A DNA stretch of 64,000 nucleotides from Octopus sinensis (taxonomy: Eukaryota), in the NCBI RefSeq assembly GCF_006345805.1, contig NC_043002.1, positions 40,796,001 to 40,860,000 of the forward strand, read 5' to 3'. The notes under the pieces are model-generated. The model was not told where the DNA came from, made no database searches, and saw only the letters and a program-made list of their open reading frames with translations. Below, piece after piece: positions 39,401 to 54,400 of this stretch. The position numbers and the translations under genes were made by a program. Position 1 is the stretch's first letter; the number at the start of each line of letters is the position of its first letter.

Positions 39401-42400
39401 TTTCTGCTGCCTCTAAAATGGCCTCTGTCTATGAAAGCATGCTAGTTGAGCTCCACTTTTTCCATGACAAATTTATTGCAAATATTGTCTTCTCCAACTT
39501 TTTCTTCCTGTATTGTCAATCATCCCTGGTCAAATTTTTCTTGGAGTTGTTCATGGTAAAACATCAATTTCACCAGTCTTTGAGGACCTGTGAAAGTCAG
39601 AGGTATAGCTCTTCTTCCTTTGATAGTTTTATTTATTTTTTTTTCAAATAAAAAAAAATTCTTTTGAAGACAAATTGGATCATCAAAGCAGACCTTGCAT
39701 TGCTTTCTGGTCTATGATCTTGGACAGGCTTCAGACTGCAACTGGCCTGTGTATTGCAACTATTTGATGTATAGTTTCAAGTAAAGAACAAGCTCTGCCT
39801 TACAATGTGAATACCAATACTGATAGTTGTAAAGGTATTATATGTTTATATACTTAAATTTCTTCACCTATAAAGAACATTGGATTGTTTTAATTTCAAA
39901 TGTTTGTTATTTACTGACATTGTAATATTTAGAAGCCATCACCAATTGCTAGTATTTTTATCAATTTATAAATGATGAGGTTTCATTTTATATATTTTTG
40001 ATGGTGGTTGGGGAAATAGAAACAAAAAAACAATCTTTGTTGTAAACTATATATTTGTTGAAAGCAAATTGAAAAACGTAGATCAATGTTCACTTGGCTA
40101 AACTATGAAATTTTTATGAATTTGCTCATATAAATTTATTGATTTCATTAGAAGCATTGCAAAAGGTTTATATTTGAAGAATGTACATCTTACTGGTCGC
40201 TGAAAGTTAATCACTTTTAGTGATATTGTGCATTTTATGAGTGTGTTAAATTGCTTCTAGCTTTGTTCATTGATGCTGCATAGATGTAGCTAATAGCTGT
40301 CCATTATATGGTTATAGTTTTAATTAAGTGATTTACAGTAAGTGTTGTGGCAGCAATTTGAAGAGTTGTAGCTATTGACTTACAGACCAAGGGTTATCAG
40401 TTCAAACCTTGCTTTAGACATCTGCAGTCTGTCTTTTGAATTCAGTTTAATGTGTTGGGAATAAAAAAAAAAAAGGTGTAATACTTTTATTTCTTGTTTT
40501 ATTGACTGATTAGACTTGAAAAATAAGTTTTACTAATAATTAGTGATTTCTATATCATAGGCAAAAGCCTTAAATATTGGAGCTGGGGTTTAGTAGATTA
40601 ATCTTGTTAATCTTGGAAGGCAAAGTTGACTGTGCCAGGAGGACTCAGGGGTAAGTTTTACATTCAATTAATAAACTTCTATTTCAAAATAGTTTTGATT
40701 TATTTTTCAGTATTTGCTTATGGTGCTACTGGTGCTGGGAAAACATATACCATGCTCGGTACCAATGACTTTCCTGGAATCACATTCCTCACTCTTATGG
40801 ACCTTTATCAGAGAATAGAGGCAATTAAAACTGAAAAAAGCTGTGATGTTGCCGTTTCTTATTTAGAGGTAGGTTGTTTGTTTAATTGTACTCTAGATCA
40901 TGAGCATTATTAGGGAGGAAGATAAGATCCAAATTATTTGCTATCCTGAACTGTGGCACCTGTTGGCCTTTTTCACTTATTCCCAGTTCTTCTTCCACCC
41001 CAACATTGCATATGTACCTACACACCCACCACCATCATCAACAACAAAACTGTATATAAACTCTTTCTCAACTTCACATGACTCTCCACCATGGCAGCTG
41101 TATGCTGCTTCATACCATGCTTTTATACATGCTGTTTGTTTTAATCCTTTCATCAAAATATTTCTCATGAAGTACATTGACCATGTGTTGCAATTGATAT
41201 TGAAACTAATCCACAATCTGGAGGGATTTAGTAAAATAACTCAGATATTATTCAGTGAGTGGCTTACAGCATAAAATTATGGTAGAAAGTTTCAATTTAT
41301 ATATGAACACCTTCAAACTAGTGGTTTTGTATGACTGAAACAAAGGCAGATCAGACTGGGCATGGTGCAGCCTTCTGGCTTCCCAGACCCCAGTTGAACC
41401 GTCCAACCCATGCTAGCATGGAAAGCGGACGTTAAACGATGATAACCCTTTAGCATTTAAACCGGCCATATCCAGCCCAGATATGCTACCTGTTTCATGT
41501 TCTAGCTAGCCAGATCCAGCCTATCACACATACCCTTCAATGCTATTCTAAAATATTACTATCACATCTTCAAAATTTCAAAGTTACAAAATAATGCATG
41601 ATTAATTAAAAACAATCTGAATGAAAAAGCATTACATTTGACAGGTTAACTTGAATGCTAAAGGGTTAATAACAATCCAATCATCATGGTTTAGCGTCCG
41701 CTTTCCATGCTTAAAGTAAAACATTTAGCGTGGGGTAAGTCACAGTAGAGAGGTTGGTGCATTGATGGGCTAAGTGGCAGAGGATATACACCTTGGTAGC
41801 CCAGGTGATCAGAAATTGTTGTCAAAAAGGTGAAGAAACTGTAAAATATTGGTGTGTACATGTCTTTGCCAATCAATTGAATATTCATTATATTTCAACG
41901 TGGTGTAAATTATTTGCAAAAGTAACAGTGAGTGAGTAGGATAAGAGAAATTGCCTTTCCTAGGTTTGGGAATTATTGTTAAGTTTTCGCACAGATTAAA
42001 GGAGCAGAGACAATAGTTTGGTGAGGACAGAAGATAGGTGCAGAGTGCACTCTTTGAAGCCAATGACAAGGAAACATGAGGACTTGTCATCTTGTTGGAT
42101 TAGATTGTTCAGAGAAAGCGTTGTATGTGGCAACGTAGAACTTGGGTGAAGTTGAGAAAGAGTTTATATGCAGTTTTTTGTTGTGTATGTGTGGGTGTGT
42201 ACAGTGTTGAATTGCAAGTGAAATGGGGAGTAAGTGAAGAAACTAACTGGTGCCACAGTTCAGGATAGCAAATGATTTGGGTTTTACATTAGTGTTGTCA
42301 GTGTGAGCGAAAATTTTAACAAGGAGTAAGAGATTGACTACAGGTATGCGGATAATTTGAAAATATCTCATGGAGTAACTCCTTGTCCTGCATAATTAAG

Positions 42401-45400
42401 GGTTGCTCCTTGGTGAGGCATAGCACTCATTTAACCACTCTGCCAGGGATATGGCATAGCAGATTCAAAAGAGGCAGCAGAAGAATGCAACTGAGCCAAC
42501 AGTGTTTCTTACATTGATGCTGAGTGGAGAAATCTTGGAAGATCAATGGTCAGGATCATCAAGATCTATCAAGATCGTAACTGCAATGCATCCATGGTTG
42601 TGTAATCAGCTACCGAAAGATTTACCATCACTCAAGCTCCCAATTCAAATAGAATTGAGTGGTGACAGAGGGTCATGGAAATCCATGCCAGCAGTATGAC
42701 CAAATATATATTAGACCAACTGAAAGTCTTTGGTGCTAATGTTAAGATTTATGGTAAGTAAAATCAACGTCTACTCTCTCGTAGGTGCAAACTCAACATT
42801 TCTGAAAAAGTATTGGAGTAAAGTTTTACTTGAACAACTGAGAAGTTTTAGAAATTGAGGTTGAGAGGTATGTGTCTCAGAGAGGAATTTGTGGCTTGTG
42901 TTGCTGTTTTTATGTCTTAGATTAGCCTGTATGGAACAGATCTAAAGGTATTTCTGTGTAGTTATACAACTTCCTGGATATAGTCACCAAGTCTTCCTCT
43001 TATCACTCTCATAATTTAAGGAAAACTCTCATTTGATAAGGTTACATAGTTGGAAAAATTGGCAAAATGGTCATGATTAGGGTATTTTGAGCTATCAGAG
43101 GGTAAATACATGTTGGTACTTTCAGTCCAAATGGTTGGAATGAAGGCAGCAGGTATTTGTGTAGAAGAAGCAAAGAATAATCCCCAGATATTGCAATGGT
43201 TGGAAAAAACAATGTTTGGACAAGGAGAGGATTCTGCACCAGCTGTTAGAACAACCTTCTCTATTAACTAACTACAGGTTCAGATCCCTGTACTGTTGCT
43301 GAAAAGTTTTTCCATCATTTCTCTGACACTTAGTCATCATATTAAGAGAAAGATGCTGACAGGCAATAGCAGAATACTAATAATAATCCTTGTTACTATC
43401 AAACTAGATGCCTTTTTTTTTTTTATTGTGTTCATTTCCAGTTGCTGTTCCTAACTGTTCTCATTGGAATTTGTTTGTTTTTGTTTACAGATCTATAATG
43501 AGCAAATTAAAGACTTGTTGAATTCAAAATCTCAGTTACCAATCCGAGAGGATCCCAAAGCTGGTATTATAATACCGGGTCTTACATTACACAAAGTAAG
43601 TATTACTTTAATGTGTATTTATGTATGTCTTTACAGCTTAAAAAATGCTTGTTATTTCACTCATTACTTTATTTATAGTACTGTATAAATTATTTAATGC
43701 TGAGACATTAGTCACAGCAGAAGAACAATAATCTTATGTTATCAGACCAGTTGGTGATGAGAGCAAGCAAATAAACTTAGCTAGTGCTGGTTTTATACAC
43801 ACACACACACACACACACACATTTGGTGAAGTATAGCATTGTTGGTTACAGGTTTCCAATGGCCAGTCACTGGTTCACTGTATTTTTTTGTAAGAAGAGT
43901 GACAAGGAATTATCTTTGTAATTCAGGCAGATATTGCTGCTATTTCTAGCCTCCAGTTATGTGCCATTGACAAGGCATTGGAAGGCTGAAATCATGTGAT
44001 CTGGGGATAAATATTACTTTTTTGGTATTAAGACCACTTCTGTCACCAATAACTATCTTTTGATGAGCCCACTGGTTATTCATGACACCAGTGCTTGTTT
44101 AGGCACTGATTCTGTGCATATCGCTTGCAGAGATATTGCTGCTATCTCCAGTATCTGAGTGTCTACCAATGATAAGGCCAGGGAAGGCCAAAATCATATG
44201 TGGAAGCCCTTCATTTATATATCTGTGTGTGTGTGTGTGTCTTTGTGGCTGTGTTAGTCCTACCATATTGCCTGACAACCAGTGTTAGTTTGTTTATGTT
44301 CCCATAACTTAGTGGTTCAACAAAACAGACAGATAGAATGAGTACCAGACACAAAAATAAGTACTGGTGGCAATTTATTGGATTAAAGCCTTTGAAGTTG
44401 GTGCTCCAGCATGGCCACAGTCCAGTGACTGAAACAAATAAAGATAAAAGATTTACTCATATGCATGCACACATACACATACACACAATGAAATGGGCTT
44501 TTGTGCAGTTTCCTATCACCAAAAATCACTCACAAGCATCGCTCTACAAATGGCTGTTATAAAAGACAGAGATGTACCATGTTTGTATTATCTGTGTAAT
44601 TTGGTTATAACATACACACACATCAGTTTAGAAATGCAGCTCTCCATAAGTAGTTCATAGCTTTGCTTTCCTTTCAAATGCATTAATCTCTTTTAAAACA
44701 TTAAGAAAGTATAGCTTGTTGCTAATTGTTTTTGCATTAGTCCCTTCTATGCAATTAGATGAACGTTGGTATATTTAAAGGGTTTCTTGCTATGCAATCA
44801 TGTGGTTGCCAAGAAATTGTGGTTAGAAGTTAGATGAATAGCTTGTGAGAACCATGCATACCATGTGCTAAAAACTCAGCAAGCAAACTGAGAGTTAGCA
44901 ATGAATTTAGTATGTAGGTAGAGATCCCTCAACCCATTCCTGTTTATCATAGCCCTCTGGGTTATAACCAGGCACATGCCGTCAGTAATAACTCAGGGTA
45001 AGTAGTTGATAACCTTTATGTAGTAAAACACAGGCATGCGACTGAGTTGAAGGCAGATTTACTTCTGCTTTTATAGCATTTAAAAAAAAACCAGGTGTTG
45101 TAAGAGTGTACGTAGCACGTGTTCTACAGCAGTACTGTGTGTAGCTTAAATACTAAGATTGAAAGGTAGGAGTGAATTATGCTTACCTAATCTAGAAAAA
45201 ATAAAATATTTTGTATTTTATGCATAGTAATCAGAGTAAATTTCATAATTTTATTGGATTAGGTGCGTATTTTTGCCATAAAAGGAAAATGTTGCTATTG
45301 ATCGATTTTATTCAACATAGGCACTGCTTACCTTGCCTACCTAGGTGGTGCGTCCCTAGTTATAACAGAGGACCTTGAGACTGGCTGACCATAGGAATTC

Positions 45401-48400
45401 CTGTATGCTGATGACTTAGTTCTTACAGCTGAATCTGCAGGTGATTTAGAGAAATTCCCAGACTTGTAAGTGAAACCTAGAATTGGGAGTAAACTTTAGA
45501 AAGTTTAGGTTGGTGGGAAAGACGACAGAAACTTATTGTCAGGCAAATGGCATGCTTGATATGCAGAATGGAAGTAGGTAGAAATGGGTACATCTTATGT
45601 TCCCAATGTAAAGTACTGGTTAACAAGATGTGTACTTATTTCTATCGGATTCTTTTGTTGAAACACTAAGTTATGGGGGACATAAACACACTAGCAATGG
45701 TGGGGGATAAACACACATGCACATGACAGGCATCTTTCAGTTTTCATCTACTAAATACATTCACAAGGGTTTAGCCTGCATAAGACTATAGTTGAAGACA
45801 CTTACCTAAAGTGCCATACAGTGAAACTGAACCTGGAATCATGTGATTGGAAAAATAGGTTTCTTGCTGTATGCCATTTACAAAGTGTTCCTTAAACAGC
45901 TACTTCTCTAAAAGAAAAAAAAAATCAGCATTAGTTTCATTGTTCTATAACATTGGTAATCTAAAACTGGTTTTCTGCTAACTATTCTCTGTGAACCTAT
46001 TTCTCTGCATGTGCAGTATGTAAATATAGGTATATGTGTGTGTGCGCATAATGTAATTTTTTTTTCTTTCTATTTCCAGCCTCAAGATGAGCAGGATTTG
46101 TTGAAAATGTTATATTTTGGAAATCAGAACCGTTCACAACACCCAACAGATGCTAATGCAGAATCGTCTCGATCTCATGCTGTTTTTCAGGTATATCTGA
46201 TGTTATTTGAGCTAGTAAACAAATGTAAGAGTGATGTAGGTGTTTCTATTTAGTTGTATGTCTACTGCAAGTGAACACGTGGTCTGGTCAATAAGTATCT
46301 GGACTGCTGCCATAGCAACGAAACTAAAGCACACAAAGTGAAGCAGCTTGGCAAAGATTGACCTTCAACTCTGCTGTGCATGTGCACTAAGTTTTAATGT
46401 TCTATCTCACTTCTACTGTTTACAGCAGTGCTCAGAAGGGAGGTGTGTAGTGTGTGATTGTCACATTGACCACGACAGAGAAAGTTGAGCAGAGGATCTG
46501 CATCAAATTTTGCCAAAAGCTTGGTGATACCTGCTCAGAGGCCTATGCAAAGTTTTCAAAAAGTTTTCATTCTCGACAATCAAGAAGGTCTTGTTCAATT
46601 GAAACCTGAGTGTCTTTTTGGTTAAATGAAAGCAGTTTTAGCACAAACTTGACAGACATGCATCTCATACCCAAATCTTCAGTGATAATGGACTGAACTG
46701 GACCATAACTAATCTGCACATCCTCAGATAACTCACAGATGGTGATTCAAGGATTTCTCCCCACAGCTGCATACACATCTGTGATGTTTTTCTCAGTTCT
46801 GCTGGTTGCTGGTCTCCTAGAATGTTTGTCAACATTGACATTTTTTTGACCATCTTGGAAGCGTCTGAATCACTCGTACACTTGTGTACAACTTATACGC
46901 TCCTCTCCATACACTTTCTACAACTATGCATTGACCTCTGAGCAGGTATCAGCATGACCACTTTCTCTGTCATGGTCAATGTGACGATCACACGCTACAC
47001 ACCTTCCTTCCAAGCACTGTTGTAAACAGTGGAAGTGAGCATGCACAGGAGTGTTCAAGGTCAATCTTTGCCGACTGGCTTCACTCTGCATGCCTAGCTC
47101 TGTTACTATGGCAAAAGTCCGGATACTTATTGATCAGACCTCGTAAAATGATTTCTAACATAAGAACAAGGCTTCAGATTTGAGGAAGGGTGTAGCTTCA
47201 TTTATGTCCACCTTTGCACTTGAATAGTTTTTAATTCTATTGATGTCAGCAGGACGAAGAGCAACATTGGCTTCAGCAGAATTTGAACCTAGAACATAGA
47301 AATACATAATTACATACTGCAACGCACTTTGTCTGATGCCATGATGTTAGGAAGGTCATCCAACCTTAGAAAGCCATGACAAATCAGACTGGTGTCTGGT
47401 GCAGCCTTCCAGTTTACCAGCCCTGGTTAAACCATCCAACCCATGCCAGCATGGAAATTGGACGTTAAATGATGGTGGCGGTGGTGATGATGATGATATA
47501 TCTTCTGTCTTTTACTCGTTTCAGTCATTAGACTGCGGCCATGCTAGGGCACTGCCTTGAAGGGTTTAGTTGAACAAATCGACCCCAGTACTTTTTCCAG
47601 CCGAATATTTAGTCTATCACTCTTTTTTTGTCAAACCACTAAGTTACAGGAAAATAAACAAACAAACCAACAGCAGTTGTCAGTTACTGAAAGGTGCCAT
47701 ACAGTGGGACTGAACTCGGAACCATGTGACTGGGCTAAAAGTGCTTGCCACACAGCCATGCCTACACATATGTGCGCACACACACACACACTCTCTCTCT
47801 CTCACGCTCCCTCTTGCTCTCTCTCTCTTGCAGAAATAGATTTAATAAGAGTCTACACTCTTATCCAAACAAATTACTGAAGCAATTCTTATGTTGTTAT
47901 TTGAAGTTATTTAGAAATAATGAGGCTTCTTAAAAATCTTCTATATGGTGGACTTATTGAGTATCAGCACTGACTCAGATGTGATTGAACATACCTGTTA
48001 TCACTCTGGCATGCAAGCTTTGGCCACCCCCTGTCGTTTTTTGTTTATATTTTTACAGTTAAAACATTGAAAGCTGAACATGTAAATATGAAAAGTATAT
48101 ACATATCGAGATACAGACATGGCTCAGTTAAAATGTTTGCTTTGCAATTACTAGGTTCTGGGTTCAGTTCCACCGTGCAGTACATTAGATACATGTCTTC
48201 TGCCAACATAACCATGGATTGAGCAAAACCCCTTGTGTGAAATTTTGTAGGTGGAGGCTGTACGGAAATAAGTTGTATATGCATGTGTGTATTACTGCTA
48301 AACCAATTACAGTGAACTTGGACTAAATATAACGTCTTGTGGTATTTAGTCCGAGTTATGTCCCTTTACACCACTATGGCCTGAGACTTTCAATAAACTG

Positions 48401-51400
48401 ATTAAAGATCGATAAAATAAATACCAGACAAATCAATTGCATGCAGTGCTCCATTGTGGTTGCATTCCAAAGTGACTGAAACCAATAAAAGAATGGGTGT
48501 CTTATTGAATTTCGTTCTGATATTTATTTTTTGTAATAGTTTATAAAATCAAACACTTGTTCTTTTGAGAACCAAAACTATTTCTTTTTCATATTTGCGT
48601 TTTTGAGTAAAATAAAATATACAAATATAAAAAGTACAAAATACGAGAGAGAGAGAGAATTGTAACAATATGCTCACATTCTCTTGTTATTTTTTTTTCT
48701 CTCTTTTACATATTCCTTGAGTTCTAAAATAAGCATTGATAAATTAAATTTGTCTCATAGATATAACGTTTTAACCCATATTGTATAAAAGTGTTTAGAA
48801 GGAGTTTATATCTTTTCTTTGCAGGAAAATCAAGGCAACATTTTAATTCTGTAAATTAAATTGAACTTATTCCTTGAACATTCTCTCTGCAAAATTTCTG
48901 AAAGTGTTTTATCTTGAACAAAACAAAAGAACAATATTTCCACATCAATTAATTAATCATTTTTTTGTTTTCATTTTTGTTATCATTAATTATTTAAAAC
49001 AATATATACTTTTTGTTTCTTCGTAGGTGTTTGTAAAGCAGTCTGATAGAACAGCTAATTTAGTAAAATCAGTCCATATTGCCAAAATGTGCTTGGTTGA
49101 CCTGGCTGGTTCTGAGCGTGGTACTGCAACAAGTAACAGGGGTCCCAGAATGCGAGAAGGAGCCAATATCAATCGGTCTTTACTAGCATTGGGGAATGTT
49201 ATTAATGCACTGGCTGATGAAAAGGTAAGTTATCAAAACTGAGCCATGCAAATCATTTATTTCTATATCAAATATGAAAGAGTCAATCTGAGCTAAATGT
49301 TTACAGATTTTTACCACACTGAAGCAAATGGTTGCATGTTCAAAGTCTAAGACAATATTTCATTTGAAAAATCAATATTAATTTTGTTAACTGGTTGAAT
49401 AATTTTTTAGGCTGGCATGGGTTTTATAAAAGGTAGATGACTGAAAAACTTGGAGTGGACGAATGGGCTTATCCTTCAGTTTTGTCTGCAGGTTGGAGAT
49501 GGTAAAAGACATATGCCAGTATACCAACAGTTCTGCCAGCTTACCACCTTATACTTGTATATTTTGAAGTTAGCAACCAATCAGGATTGAAATATTTTCT
49601 AGACTTAACAAAAGAAAACAAGCCAGTGAAAGAACCTCTACATAGTTGCCTGATCTGTCAAATCTCAAATCACTGGTGTTCTCTAATAATCAATGGTACT
49701 AGGGGTTGACATTGTGATTTTTATCCCAGGCTTAAAAGCTTTTCTGATTTCCACTTTTACAACTCTAAAGTTTTCTCCAGTCTAACAATGGGACCACTTA
49801 TTGCACTACTTTCTAGTGTGGATCCACGAATTTACTGGAAGATTTTCAAAAAATATACTGATGGTCTGTGAGCTTGTTTAGTAGATATACCCTTTCAAAA
49901 GCTGAGTAATCTTCATGCTTGTAACAGAATGAACTCTGCTCAAAAGTTAAAAGCACCTAGGTTCAGGAGGTGGTGTTGAACAAGTGTACCCTTTCTCCCC
50001 AATTTCTTTTATGCCTTATTGTGATGTGAATGCTGGAGACCTGTCCTTTCAAATATTTACTTTAAGTAACATTTAACATTGATTCATTAAATGTTCTGTA
50101 TAAAAAATATATCCTGTTGAAAATAATAACAATCCCAGCTACAGCCTTTGAGCAGGAACAAGTAAAATAATACATAGCTGCTACTAGTAGGATATTTACT
50201 TTAGCATTTGTATATATTACTGTCAAGGTCAACTTTGCTTTTCATCCTTCAAGGGATAGATACCATTCAAGCTTAACCAATAATGCAAAATTTGAGCCCT
50301 TGTGCTTCTGTTATTTGTATGTTTTACTATTGTTCTTTTACAGACTAAAGGTTATATTCCATATCGGGACAGTAAGCTGACACGTTTACTTAAAGACTCT
50401 ATTGGTGGCAACTGCAGGACAGTTATGATAGCTGCTGTAAGGTAGGTGCTAAAATTGTAGTTTATTTAAACCCGTTTTTATTCAGTTCTGTTTGTATTAA
50501 ATTGTTGATACATGAAAAATAATGCTGTATTTTGAAAATTATAAAACATTGCACCAACAATTTGTTTAGTTTGAATTGTTTTAGAATAATTTGTTGAATT
50601 TTAATGAGCTGTAATTTCAAAATTATATATTTAATTATTAGAGTTCATCATCATTGTCATCTTCTAACGTCCACTTTCCCTGCTGGCATAGGTTGGACGG
50701 TTTGATTGAGGGCTGGCAAGCCAGAAGGCTGTACCAGGCTCCAATCTGATCTAGCAGAGTTTCTACAGCTGAATGCCCTTCCTAACGCTGACCACTCAGA
50801 GAATGTAGTGGGTGCTTTTTATGTGCCACTGGCATGAGGGCCAGTCAGGCGGTACTGGCTTCGACCATGCTCAAATGGTGCTTTTTACGTGCCACTGGCA
50901 CAGGAGCTAGTCAGGCGGCACTGGTAACAACCACGTTCAAATTGTGTTTTTTACGTGCCACCGCCACAGGAGCCAGTCAGGCATTGGTGGTATTTATGGT
51001 GAGTTAATTGGTTAGTCAGCAACATCTGTTAAATGTGATTGTTATGTTGTGACTTAAAGCATATAAAAACTTTATGGAGGTGAGTATCATCAACATAGAT
51101 GTTTGATTGATGATGATAACCAAGAAGTTATCATTTGATTATGGAATGTTATAGAACATTAATGGTATGTGGATTGCTAAAATGCTTCTATCTATATAGT
51201 GGCTAATGCAGAAGCTAACAAGATGGACTGCAGACTATAGTCTAGGAGTTGACATTGTGATTTTTTTTCCCAGGTTTAAAAGCCTTTCTGATTTCCAATT
51301 TTACATCTTCAAAACTTTCTCCACTTCAGTAAGGGGATCACCAAGTGCAGTGCTTTCCTGTGTGGATTCCTTGGAATGTTTTTGAAAAATACATTACACT

Positions 51401-54400
51401 CTATGGAATGGTTGGTGCTAGAAAAGGCATCCAGTTGTAGAAATCATGCCAAAACAGACAATGGAGCCTGGTGCAGCACCTGGCCTTACCAGCTCCGGTC
51501 AAACCTTCCAACCAGCACAGAAAACAAACATTAAATGATGATGATAGTAATCTGTGAGCTTGTTGAGTAGATACACTCTTTCAAAAGCCTGAATGGGATA
51601 GTCTATAGGAATATTAATTTAGCTAGAAAGATCTGCAGTAAAAAGTATTCCTGAATACATACAGATGACTGTTGAAGAAGGGTAATAGTTCATTATCGTT
51701 TTACCTCAAGTCAACTCTAATCAAGCAAACCTATGATCGAAGTATTCTTGTCATGACCATCCCATGTTATTTCAGATAAGTGCAGAACTACTTTATCCAT
51801 TGTGCCCTTCTTTTTAAGATGGTATGGTGTGGTTTTAGAGGAATTCAGTTACTATTTCTAACAGGTTGAAAACTATATAGAAACTCTTTTGGTTCCTAGT
51901 GCAGCACGTTGTCTGAAGTAATCATGTTTCAAGTTTTGCTTTGGGGTAAAAAAAAGGGCCTATGGCATTTGTTGGCTCTCAACACATAGATGGAAAAAAA
52001 TAATGACAGAATTAAGCAAAAAGGATCATAACAATGCTGAATTTTTTACGTGAAAGCACACAATTTTAGGATCCAATATATCTTTATTCCAACATGTTTT
52101 CTTGTTTGTTTTTATTGACAAAATGATAACCCAACTATTTTCCAGTCCATCACATTTATCATACGAAGATACATACAACACTTTGAAGTATGCTGACAGA
52201 GCAAAACATATTCGAGTTAATGTAAGTTGATGCGCACTTCATTATGGTTGTTTTATCTTATTAGCTGCCATATGTTAGGTCAACCTGTTTTTTTTTTTAA
52301 TTGTTTTAGTACTATTACTTTGTTTCACTATTAATATATCCTGTCTTACTGACAATCAAGGCATTCTTTTATCTATTATACAATTTTTGTTTGATCTTTA
52401 AAAAGATATATTAAAAAATATTGCAATTGAAATCTGAAACAAGTATTTCAGTATTACTCAATGTTTGATCTATTGCTAACATGACAACTTATTAATATTT
52501 AGATTGAAATGTAATATAGACTAAGAGCCATGTTATCTTTGTTATCTTCATTGAACTAAAATGTCAAACTTTTTCCTGTCAAACCTCTTTATTGGAATGA
52601 AGCTCACATTTAAACTGCAATGACACTCTCTCTCTCTCTCATACAGACACATACACACACAAGTTTTCATTCTAGAACCTCATATGATCCTTTAGTACTT
52701 AAACCAGCTATATCTATCCTTAATATTCTACCTACTTTGTGGTTCATACTTGCCAGACTTTGCCTTTCACACCCATCCTACAATGTCATTTTAAAAATAA
52801 ACATTTTAATCATCAAAATCTCAAAGCTACAAGATAATGCCTGATTAATTCAAAACAATGTGAATTAATAAGCATATTTGGCAGAGTAATCTAAATGCTA
52901 AAAAATAAGATATTATTCAGTCTCAGGTCAAATTCCATCGAGCAAACTTATGATCAGAAGTATAGTCAAGCAACTACATTGAGGCACCTTCTCTGTAGCA
53001 TCCATCTAGAATTGTCTTCATCTTAACAGTTGACATCTAATCAAGATCAGCCATCCAACACTTCTCGAATGATAGTTGACCCTTTGCCTGTTCTGTGTAT
53101 TACAGGTGATACACAGGACGTATTTTCTTGGCGTCCATGCATCATATATGATGTACATTTCCAATTTTTTATCAACCACTACAGTAAACTGGGATTTATG
53201 AAAGGAAAGCTTTATATTATGCAGAATGTATGTAAAAGGTAAAGACCCCCTTTTGGTCATGAATGACCATGGGATTGCATCTAGAAAATTACCTTCCAAG
53301 GTACAAGTCTGGGCAAGGTCGTTTATAAAAGAGCAGCAGTCGTCCATGCATACCAACCTCCCCTCTTCACACCACTGATGTTATCCAAGGGAAAAGCAAA
53401 GGCTGACACAGCTTGGCACCAGTAATGTTGCAACTCATTTCTGCAGCTGAGTGAACTGAAGCAATGTGAAATAAAGTGTCTTGCTCAAGAACACAACACA
53501 GCCTGGTCCAGGAATCAAATCCATAACCTCATGATTGTGAACCTGACGCTCTAACCACTGAGCTCATTGGCATTTCAGACAAACTTATGAAAATGTTTTG
53601 GATAGGCAAAGGGCTAATATCATTCATAAACTTAAGTTTTGAACTCTAATTCTTAAACTTGGAAATTCAATAATTTTAATAATACTTGAATCTTAATGCT
53701 TAACTTGCATATTACTATATATTTTTCATTTTTTCTTATGCTTTCTGTTTTCCCACAGTTGAAGAAGAATATTATGAATGTGAAGTCTAACATCAGCAAG
53801 TATGGAAAAATTGTTGAAGGTCTTCGAGAAGAGGTTGGTTTCTTTTAATAATAATAATAATAAACATTGTGTACAGTGCTCAGGTGCACCACAACTCATC
53901 TAAAGTGCATATATATAATCAGGTGAAGTTTCGACGGATTTCGGAAAGCATGAGGGCCTTAAAGGATGCAGTGTCATGGCAGTCAACAACTGACGCAGGC
54001 AGTTTATTCCATGCTTCAGCAACTCTGAGTGTGAAGAAGTGTTTCCGAAAGTCATGGGAGCTGTGTTGCTTTCTGACTTTGTAGGCATGTCCACGTGTGT
54101 TAGACACATGGAGATCAAAAAGGTGTTCAGTGTTATTGGTGAGGTGAAAGTTTTCTTGTTATAGACATTATAGGTGCAAACATAGCTGTATTTTAATTTT
54201 AATTAAATTTTTTTGGCTCAAAAAGCAAAAGCAAGGCCATGTAGGGGGACATGGAGTAATGTACAGGGAGAGTGTTCATACACTGAGTTCAGGCCATTTC
54301 TGGTCAAGAGAGACTTTGAACTGAGCGGTCGTCGGCATCTTCACTATCTTGTCCGGCAGCTTATTCCACGGATCCGCAACCCGGACGGAGAAAGCCCCTC

